IMG/VR virus record: IMGVR_UViG_3300033149_001838
Location: 1-53,092 of that record
Length of the DNA stretch: 53,092 nucleotides
Reading direction: 5' to 3' (one strand)
DNA from: a virus
Taxonomy: Duplodnaviria > Caudoviricetes
The notes beneath the pieces were generated by a model. The model was given only the letters and a program-made list of their open reading frames with translations, did no database searches and had not been told where the DNA came from. A program made the translations under genes and the position numbers. Within the stretch, counting starts at the first letter, position 1, and each line of letters starts with the position of its first letter. This document shows, in pieces, positions 46,033-53,092 of this stretch.

Positions 46033-47811
46033 TCAATAATTAGGTTTGGTTAATAACTTAAACTGTTTGCGGGTACAAATTCTGATTGCCATCTCTAAAG
46101 CATCAGGGGCGTCATCGAAGCCGCTGGACATCTCACCAGAATAAGTTGTTATTTGCTCAAATGATAGGGCATATTTAGCGTCATGCCTTAATTTACTGCT
46201 ATCAAATATAATAGTACCATCTGCACAAAGGGGATAAAGCCCCTGAATTCTCAATAATTTATCACTGTAGTTTTTTATGTCTTTAAGTTTGAGATATATT
46301 CCCAACTCCCTGCTTTTTTGTCTGAGAACATCTGCGAACACTACCTGGAAGGCATTGGTCTCTATGCCAAATAAATTGTAATTATAAATAGAATTAAGCT
46401 TGAAAATATCTTCAATCTGCTTATCAGTAGACCTACGTTCAATATCCATATCTACAACTAGTAATAAACCAGTTTTGTGGTCTCTAGCTATAGTTATGAT
46501 ACAGGAATAATCTGCTGTTTTCCTCTTCCCTAACGATGGGTCCAATGCTCCAAAATATTTTGTTTGTTTTGAGTTTAAGATTTTTATAATATTTGGGTCC
46601 TGGGAAAAATCTGTTATGGTCATTATTTCCCTAGGTAAGACTAATTTGGCGGGGTCTAAAGGCTGATTCATCTTCTCTGATATAAACCCCGACGGGTTGC
46701 TAGCCCTATAAATCATTAGATTATAATATGGATCACCTTCAGGCCAGAGAACTTTAACCCCTTCCAGCATTTTCTCTTTGTTTTTTTCAAAAAATAATTT
46801 AGCAGTCTGTTCTCTATTTTCATCAAATCTATTTTTATATAACCTCTCCCATTCTTTCCAAAGTCCCTCATTAACAGAAAAACTCTCCACAGCAGAAAAT
46901 ACTTTAGAAGACCAATCGGGAAATTCCTCTGGATTAATAAGAGCATTAAGTAATGAATGAGGCCCTAGAATAGTTCCAACTATTAAAAAATCTGTAGACC
47001 CACTAGGATCACCAGCATACATGAGATCTTTAGCAAACCATTCATTTCTGATAAATTCTCTCTGAGACTTAGATCTTACCATCTCAGAACTTTCTAAATC
47101 ATCACCAATAATTAAATCAGGTCTATCAGTCCCAAATTTTCTACTTCTAATCCTAGAACCAGTTCCAAGAGCATATATTTTTATATTATTCTTCGTTATT
47201 ATTTCGTCTGATCTCCAAGTATTACCTTTACCTGCAATATGAGGAAAATCCTGTAATAGTTTCTCATTGAATTCCAACTCACGCTTTACATCTGACAAAA
47301 AGTCTTCAGCTTGACTAGTAGTATCTGATATCATAACAATATATTTCTTTTTTTCATAACAAACACACCATATTGGAAGTATATTGGACACAATTGACGA
47401 TTTTGCATTACCCCTCGGAGCTGCAATAGCTCTCCTAATGCCTTTTCTTCTTTTTCTCTTGAATCTTTCTGATAGAAAATTGTATAGATATATATGAAGT
47501 GAACTCGATGGAAGGCTTAGATAGTGAGGAAAGTACCGAATAGCAAACAGGTACATGTCATTTTCACATAGAGCTATTAGGGCAGCACGTTCCGCATCTG
47601 TTAATTCTCTCTCTTTCTCTACAGTCTCTCTATTTCGCTTGTCTGATATATATCCTATAGGATTAGATCTTCTGACTATTTCATATTTATACTTACTCCA
47701 AAATGCATCCTCAGATATTTCCTCGCTTAACTCTGACTCTAACTGTTCAATCTCTTTCTCATTCAGATATTCTTTCAGATATGTCGGAACGTGCTTGGAG
47801 TTTTCTTTCAT
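46033..47811 (-). CDS. terL: Terminase large subunit
   Basis: Walker A APRGNAKS, Walker B IIGDDLE, VGT coupling motif, nuclease ALDPS...DYS...DDAPDA. Confidence 0.95.
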   Translation of the reverse strand: MKENSKHVPTYLKEYLNEKEIEQLESELSEEISEDAFWSKYKYEIVRRSNPIGYISDKRNRETVEKERELTDAERAALIALCENDMYLFAIRYFPHYLSLPSSSLHIYLYNFLSERFKRKRRKGIRRAIAAPRGNAKSSIVSNILPIWCVCYEKKKYIVMISDTTSQAEDFLSDVKRELEFNEKLLQDFPHIAGKGNTWRSDEIITKNNIKIYALGTGSRIRSRKFGTDRPDLIIGDDLESSEMVRSKSQREFIRNEWFAKDLMYAGDPSGSTDFLIVGTILGPHSLLNALINPEEFPDWSSKVFSAVESFSVNEGLWKEWERLYKNRFDENREQTAKLFFEKNKEKMLEGVKVLWPEGDPYYNLMIYRASNPSGFISEKMNQPLDPAKLVLPREIMTITDFSQDPNIIKILNSKQTKYFGALDPSLGKRKTADYSCIITIARDHKTGLLLVVDMDIERRSTDKQIEDIFKLNSIYNYNLFGIETNAFQVVFADVLRQKSRELGIYLKLKDIKNYSDKLLRIQGLYPLCADGTIIFDSSKLRHDAKYALSFEQITTYSGEMSSGFDDAPDALEMAIRICTRKQFKLLTKPNY

Positions 47812-48310
47812 GGGTTTCCTTCAACATTTTAGCTATAACTTCACCAGCTTCTATATCTATGGTGTCAGCCACGGGGGGACCATAGTTCTGATTAATTTGA
47901 ACCAGATTAGCAACCTTCAAATTGTCTAATCCATACAATTTCATTTTTGACTCTACTATATCTTTCCATAATGCAAGGAATGCCCGGATGGTCCGATACT
48001 CCAGCTTACTACTATTTCTTAGTAGAAGATACATTTCCTTTGCATAATGTGAAATTTCGTCTAATTCTAAATATAATTCACCCCTCTTTTCACCTATCTC
48101 TACACTTGTTAAGTCTGCCTTAACTAGGTTTCTAAGATACTGTCTGCCCTCTTTCACTGACGCTACGGATATTCCCAGTTCCTGTGCTATCTCTCCTGTA
48201 GTCTTTCCCTCTATAAGTCGCTCTTTTATTCTCGCTAATTCTGAAAATCTCTTTCTTAACTTGAGATTTTTTGCCTTGACGACAGACACTTTTTCTTTCT
48301 TCTTAGCCAC
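47759..48310 (-). CDS. Terminase small subunit (HTH), putative
   Basis: GKTTGEIAQELGIS HTH; KLYGLD...QINQ C-terminus; directly upstream of terL. Confidence 0.7.
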   Translation of the reverse strand: MAKKKEKVSVVKAKNLKLRKRFSELARIKERLIEGKTTGEIAQELGISVASVKEGRQYLRNLVKADLTSVEIGEKRGELYLELDEISHYAKEMYLLLRNSSKLEYRTIRAFLALWKDIVESKMKLYGLDNLKVANLVQINQNYGPPVADTIDIEAGEVIAKMLKETHERKLQARSDISERISE

Positions 48311-48401
48311 TGTATAGTTACCTTTCCTCCCACCAAAAATAGGAGCAGCCTATTTTAGATACACTACTCCCTTATATATAGGGAGTTTTGGTGGGGGTAA
48401 A

Positions 48402-48833
48402 CTAAAAAAAATTTAACATTTTTAAAAATTTTTTTAATTTTATCCGACAATATAGTAATTGTTCCTTAACACTTTCTCTGGCCAAGTCTAACTTTTCAGC
48501 AATTCTCTGCTGGGTAAGTCTTTTTCTACCTATTCCCACTCTTAGTCTCATAACTTCTTTCTGTTTCTCAGTTAGTTTTATTTTATTATATAAATTCTCC
48601 AGATCAGACGCAGTTACATCTAATCCTGAACTCCAGACATCTCTAGAGTTAATCAAGTCCGCAAAAGAGAATAAAGTCCTATTAGCTATATATTCTAATT
48701 TATCCACAGGAAATGAAATCTCTTCTTGATGTACATGGTCCTGATCTACATACTCTCTAACCTGGTCACACAGTTCTGTGCAAGAATTTCTTTTAGGACA
48801 ATTATTGCATATCACTCCATCCACCCCCTCCAA
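48402..48833 (-). CDS. Sigma70 region-4-like transcription regulator with Cys-rich N-terminus
   Basis: LTEKQKEVMRLRVG...LTQQRIAEKLDLARESV; CNNC....SC..LC. Confidence 0.75.
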   Translation of the reverse strand: MEGVDGVICNNCPKRNSCTELCDQVREYVDQDHVHQEEISFPVDKLEYIANRTLFSFADLINSRDVWSSGLDVTASDLENLYNKIKLTEKQKEVMRLRVGIGRKRLTQQRIAEKLDLARESVKEQLLYCRIKLKKFLKMLNFF

Positions 48834-49432
48834 TCATTGTCACGCAGCACCTGATAGAGGCCATTACTAAATGTCAACAAAGTAGTTTCTGGTAAGTCTT
48901 CACATAGGTAACTTAAATTAAAACTGTGTATAACAGCACTCATAAGAGACAGAACTAAATGCAACTGAATATATTTAATATCAGATTTATTTCTACCTCT
49001 GTGATTCCCCAATAGAATAGTACAGGTAGCATTATTACATCTAGATGCTGTAGTACAGTCATCCATTTCATATGGATATTTAACTTTATAGATTATACCA
49101 CCAACTTTGACCTTCCCAGGTATTTTATTAGTTTGCAGCATTAGATTATTGTCAAACAGTACACTAAACCATGCCATCGTCAGACTCTGTATCAAGTCCT
49201 CTGACATTACATTACCACAGAAGATTGCATCTATACCATGAAGACTTTCATGCAATAAAGTCTCTATAACTTTACTATTTGGTCTAATATCTCCTCCGTC
49301 TTCTTCAGATAGTCTTATTAGTAGCCTACTCTGGTCTATCAGTCCTACATATTCACTGTCACTGCCCAATCCCAGGTCTGGGTATTTAATTTTATATACG
49401 AACGGGCAAATTTTAATTCTTTTTGGTATCAT
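48812..49432 (-). CDS. Tandem-domain HExxH (zincin-like) protein
   Basis: ETLLHESLHGI in the first half; the second half repeats the IP..IK....YK.KYP start. Confidence 0.65.
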   Translation of the reverse strand: MIPKRIKICPFVYKIKYPDLGLGSDSEYVGLIDQSRLLIRLSEEDGGDIRPNSKVIETLLHESLHGIDAIFCGNVMSEDLIQSLTMAWFSVLFDNNLMLQTNKIPGKVKVGGIIYKVKYPYEMDDCTTASRCNNATCTILLGNHRGRNKSDIKYIQLHLVLSLMSAVIHSFNLSYLCEDLPETTLLTFSNGLYQVLRDNDWRGWME

Positions 49433-49724
49433 AAACTTCTCCTAAATTAGTTATAGCAATTGGTCCAATCTCTGCATGTCCATCAGACTCAAGACTATCA
49501 TAGACAACGAGAGGTATTACTTTACCAGTATTAATTCTAGCCTCTACAACTCTACGTGTATTTTTTTCTGAGCATTCAAAAACCAAATTAATATTGCTAT
49601 TTTGCTTAATCTCTGTAGAAAGATACTCCCAGCCGGTCTTAGAGTTTTTACAGCATAGCTTATTATTATATAACAAACTTATAAAGTTCTTTTTGTTAGC
49701 ATATACCCATGCTCCTATTTTCAT
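49413..49724 (-). CDS. Hypothetical protein
   Basis: 103 aa, AAGGA RBS. Confidence 0.55.
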   Translation of the reverse strand: MKIGAWVYANKKNFISLLYNNKLCCKNSKTGWEYLSTEIKQNSNINLVFECSEKNTRRVVEARINTGKVIPLVVYDSLESDGHAEIGPIAITNLGEVYDTKKN

Positions 49725-49783
49725 AGTAAATGTCCTTTCCTACCCAGTATGTCTGGAAAATACTGACATACTATGTTGATATT

Positions 49784-49942
49784 TTAAGTATTACAAAATA
49801 TAATAACCACAAAGAAAAGCAAAAAAGCACCAAGATTAAACCATTTCTCCCAAGGTTTTGCATCTTCTGCATCTATTAAGCGGTCTATCCAGCTTCTTTT
49901 GGGATACTCCCACTGTCCCCAGCCTATACAGTGCTTCTTCAT
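49784..49942 (-). CDS. Small membrane protein (52 aa)
   Basis: Not in ORF track; MKKHCIGWGQWEYP...FNLGAFLLFFVVIIFCNT; AGGAGG upstream. Confidence 0.5.
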   Translation of the reverse strand: MKKHCIGWGQWEYPKRSWIDRLIDAEDAKPWEKWFNLGAFLLFFVVIIFCNT

Positions 49943-49944
49943 TT

Positions 49945-50901
49945 TCATCTGAAAATCCTCCTTTTAAATTTAAACCACCAATGATCTTTATACCTGTCTA
50001 TTTTCTCATTTACCTTTTTTAATTTTTTAAAATAATCATCACTTAATAAATTAATATGTTTAAGATCCCCAATAGAATATTTACTCCAACTCTCATTAGG
50101 ATACTTTCTCCAATAACAATTTCTGGACATTCTCATCTGAGGATAAAGCCAGTAACCATCTGAAAAGACACTCTTGCCTACTTTTTTAAGCCACTTAATA
50201 GACTCTTTCTCACTATGTTGCTCAACCCATTGACCACAAATGACTTTTGTATTTTTAGACTTTCTTATGGCAAACCAGATTTTCAAAAAATTATATTTAT
50301 AATACGTAAGTCCATTTACCCAGTATTTAAAAGATCTAAGTGCATTCTCTTCGGGATAAGTATACTGACCTAGCATTTGTTTATATACCGGATCTAGTTT
50401 CTTATTAATGTTATAATATAATATGGCCCTTTGTTCATTGTTAGATAATTTCTTACAAGACTTGCAGTTGCATTTAATTTTGTCATAGTCTCTAAAATAA
50501 GCCACTCTGTTATTAGACTCTAAGTTATAATCTTCAAAGTCTATAAAGATCCCGTTGCATAGATTTTTTCTGTATAATTTAACTGGATATTCCAGAACCC
50601 AGTCTATATAATTTTTATCTAACGGACAAGGAGTTTCTCTATAATATCTATTATTATAGTATAATGCCTTCCCTGGATTAGGATACCAAGGATTATACCA
50701 AGTGGGCATTAATATAACTTTAGTCTTACTGCCCTTAAAGTGCCTTAATATATCTACTATCTCTTGATAAGTCCCAAACTCAGTCTTCTGCCTCATATCA
50801 GGTCTGGGATTGTACATAGCTACTATTAGAGTGTCTATACCGGATTCTATTGCTCTGAGTATATATCCATAATCAGGCCACAAAATATACAATGCTTTCA
50901 T
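49945..50901 (-). CDS. Glycoside hydrolase-like TIM-barrel protein, putative
   Basis: GIDTLIV, PCPLD, NGIFIDFEDY, CNCKSC pattern reminiscent of GHL10/GH42-like barrels. Confidence 0.45.
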   Translation of the reverse strand: MKALYILWPDYGYILRAIESGIDTLIVAMYNPRPDMRQKTEFGTYQEIVDILRHFKGSKTKVILMPTWYNPWYPNPGKALYYNNRYYRETPCPLDKNYIDWVLEYPVKLYRKNLCNGIFIDFEDYNLESNNRVAYFRDYDKIKCNCKSCKKLSNNEQRAILYYNINKKLDPVYKQMLGQYTYPEENALRSFKYWVNGLTYYKYNFLKIWFAIRKSKNTKVICGQWVEQHSEKESIKWLKKVGKSVFSDGYWLYPQMRMSRNCYWRKYPNESWSKYSIGDLKHINLLSDDYFKKLKKVNEKIDRYKDHWWFKFKRRIFR

Positions 50902-50933
50902 AACTATTCTCCTTTCACTTTAAATATACCTAT

Positions 50934-50962
50934 ATTATACCATATTTTCACATAAATGTCAA
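50934..50962 (-). promoter_or_regulatory. Consensus sigma70 promoter (repeat copy 4, no leader structure)
   Basis: TTGACA-17-TATAAT; shares 50 identical bp with the 33.98-kb copy. Confidence 0.9.
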
Positions 50963-51409
50963 GTAAAAAATGATGTTAACTAAAAATATTCCTAAATAAT
51001 TTTTGACCTCCTGAAAATCACTCTATATCGCTCTAAATGGCCCAATTTGATTTCTGAGACCGGAAAATACCACATGTAGTAATTTCAATGAGTTAGCTTA
51101 GATTAATAAAAATCTGCCCCAGTACATTTTTAAAAATTAAGTTGCTTTGGGAATAGAGAATAATAGAGTATTTTAAAGAGAATGGGCGTAATTTGACGTG
51201 AATCGAAGAGAATGGGGGTAGATAGGGAGCTTAGGGGAAGTTCTATGTATAGTTTGTTAAGAAGAGTCTAATAGACCAATAGAAAAAAGGTTCAAAATTA
51301 GAAAAAATTCTGTGGGGGGTCTGACTGTAAAGAGACATGCTTTGCGAAGCAATTCCCCTTTTTCTTATGGCACAATTCTCAATGGGAAAGGTGCAATTTT
51401 CGTGCCACC

Positions 51410-51522
51410 TACCACATTGTGGTACAACCCTAACCAGGATCACTCACTACCACCCTGTAGCACCTTTCATGCTACATCGTGGTACAGCCCTAACTAAGAT
51501 CATCCACTACCACAATGTGACA
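51410..51522. repeat. 60-bp period direct repeat with four 15-bp quasi-palindromes
   Basis: TACCACattGTGGTA 51410, TACCACcctGTAGCA 51448, TGCTACatcGTGGTA 51470, TACCACaatGTGACA 51508. Confidence 0.75.
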
Positions 51523-51550
51523 CAAACTATACCACATAGCAAAATAATCC

Positions 51551-51579
51551 TTGACAAGGCCGATCACTCTTGATAAGGT
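51551..51579 (+). promoter_or_regulatory. Putative rightward promoter
   Basis: TTGACA-17-TAAGGT with TG extended -10. Confidence 0.5.
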
Positions 51580-51731
51580 GGTATCATCGAAAAAGGGGAT
51601 TCATCCCCACAGCGGCCCTCGCCGCAAAAAGATTCTTTCTTTTCATAGCTGGAAATTTCCAGTCAGCAAGAAAAAATAGGCGTCCATTTTTTCTTGCAAT
51701 ATGTAACACATGGGCGCAAAGGAGAAAAGCA

Positions 51732-52109
51732 ATGGAGAAAAAAGAAGAAAAGGAAAAAACCGTATTAGAAATTCGACAGGATCAGGCTAAAAATCTTCGA
51801 AGCAAGGTCAGCACAGCAATTCTGGCGGGTAGAGTAGTTCCGCCAGAGTTACTTGCCCAACTGAAAAGAGCAGAAGAGTTGCTCGCTGAAGTAAAACTTC
51901 CCGAAACGGTCAAGGCAAAGGATGCTATTGTGACCGCATTTACAGAATTCATGCAGGACCCGAACGATAAGGAGAAGTTGAGACAGTCAGCACTTGACTT
52001 TCTCTTTCGGGATGCTGGAGAATCCCGAACGGTCGTACTCACAACCGTATCCGGTCAAGGTAGGACTTTCAGCTTAAAGATTAGCTGGACAAAGCCCGAC
52101 AAAGTATAG
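51732..52109 (+). CDS. Hypothetical protein (125 aa), first rightward gene
   Basis: AAGGAG RBS supports ATG 51732 over the ORF-track TTG at 51570. Confidence 0.7.
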   Translation: MEKKEEKEKTVLEIRQDQAKNLRSKVSTAILAGRVVPPELLAQLKRAEELLAEVKLPETVKAKDAIVTAFTEFMQDPNDKEKLRQSALDFLFRDAGESRTVVLTTVSGQGRTFSLKISWTKPDKV

Positions 52110-52116
52110 TCCAGCC

Positions 52117-52161
52117 GCTACATGCCCCACAAAGAGTATCCTGTGGGGCATGTAGCATTTT
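52117..52161 (+). terminator. 15-bp perfect hairpin (terminator or processing site)
   Basis: GCTACATGCCCCACA-10 nt-TGTGGGGCATGTAGC-ATTTT. Confidence 0.7.
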
Positions 52162-52176
52162 GGGAGGGATAGAAAA

Positions 52177-52317
52177 ATGGATCTAAATAAGTTAATTGAA
52201 AAAGCAGATAGAATAGACAAGTTTAAAGTAGAACTTGTCTTAACAAGCTATGAAAACGGTATCTTAACAAGGGATGGAGTAGTGCGGTATCTCAAAAGTA
52301 TCATCAAGGGGAATTGA
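52177..52317 (+). CDS. Small hypothetical protein (46 aa)
   Basis: Not in ORF track; GGGAGG RBS; MDLNKLIEKADRIDKFKVELVLTSYENG... Confidence 0.6.
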   Translation: MDLNKLIEKADRIDKFKVELVLTSYENGILTRDGVVRYLKSIIKGN

Positions 52318-52727
52318 CATGAGAATTTATGGCAGTAAAATCAGCCCCTTTAGGCATGAAAGCCCTACGCCTAAAAGGGCATATTCAAATTTCCTATCAA
52401 AAGAGGAAAGGCTAATTTCCTCTTTTGACAAGAGGGAAAAGGCCAATAATAAACCCACCAAACGTTTGGTTTACACTACTGAGAATAGTTCCTGGATATG
52501 GGAATAATTTCCATATCCTATAGGACCCGCTCGTTTGAGCCTATTCCCCTACAGGGAAAAGGCTTGAACGGGCAGGAAAGTAACCCCATACATCCGGCCG
52601 GATATTCCCTTTACCATATCTCAATTTTAAATTTTCTACCCACCAGTATTTTTATTTTATCTTGCCCTATTATTTTTATTATAGAGGTTTCTCATAGTCG
52701 TGAATCCTGCATAATGGGAATAATAAT

Positions 52728-53092
52728 ATGAACTTATTCGAGATCAGAGACATTATAAAGTTTATAATAGACACTCAGGGGTATGAAACTGAGAATATCC
52801 CTGATCCCTTCCTGAATATCTATTATAACCCTGACATTAATACAAAGGGCAGTTATCAATATTGGACTAATACAATTAAGTTATATATTAAGAATAAAAA
52901 TATTCCAGTATTTGACATATTTTTAACCTTATGTCATGAATTAGTGCATTCGTGGCAACCTGATGTAGATAATTATATCTCTTATCAAGAAAGCCCTGAT
53001 AAGTATTATAGTCAACCCTGTGAGAGAGAAGCTTATTTAATAGAACTATTTATAGAAAAGTCTATTAGAAATCTTGCTATAGACAGAGACAT
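52728..53092 (+). CDS. Zincin-like metallopeptidase, partial (runs off the window end)
   Basis: Manual translation: ...TLCHELVHSWQ...YYSQPCEREAY (HExxH plus downstream E). Confidence 0.7.
   Translation, partial: MNLFEIRDIIKFIIDTQGYETENIPDPFLNIYYNPDINTKGSYQYWTNTIKLYIKNKNIPVFDIFLTLCHELVHSWQPDVDNYISYQESPDKYYSQPCEREAYLIELFIEKSIRNLAIDRD

Noticed and set aside
46033-47811. Intein or intron in terminase, portal or capsid genes
   Set aside because: The ORFs are continuous and of ordinary length, with no intein splice motifs seen.
51410-51522. Possible mini CRISPR array
   Set aside because: Only two imperfect ~40-bp units with a ~20-bp gap and no cas genes; better explained as binding sites.
52319-52731. 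ORFs 52319..52507 and 52498..52731
   Set aside because: They overlap several strong hairpins and have no recognisable features. The first has a possible RBS and cannot be excluded, but neither is supported enough to list.

Overview
An AT-rich segment of a tailed dsDNA phage with siphovirus-type organisation. Nearly the whole window (1-50.9 kb) is a minus-strand block, mostly the late/morphogenesis region: a sigma-like regulator, small and large terminase, portal, scaffold, tail tube, decoration protein, Mu gpT-like major capsid, head-tail connectors, a frameshifted tail chaperone, a 2151-aa tape measure and a lambda-like M/L/K/I-J tail tip. Two accessory systems are interleaved with these genes. 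(1) About 14 glycan synthesis and tailoring genes: GT2, GT4, GT8-like, GT9-like and CgeB-type glycosyltransferases, a DegT aminotransferase, two B12-radical SAM enzymes, an acyl/methyltransferase fusion, a methyltransferase, a sulfotransferase and an LmbE-like protein. They suggest heavy virion glycosylation. (2) Five Zn-ribbon-repeat nucleases (four HNH, one Hef-like), plus one unrelated LAGLIDADG gene. Four of the five are preceded by the same ~70-nt leader, a three-way junction whose loop pairs with the ribosome-binding site and shows compensatory base changes across copies. Three of those four also sit behind a repeated consensus sigma70 promoter. After ~51 kb the strand switches to a divergent putative early region with operator-like palindromes and many hairpins. 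I saw no rRNA, tRNA or CRISPR array. All product calls come from motif recognition and synteny by eye; no database search was run.
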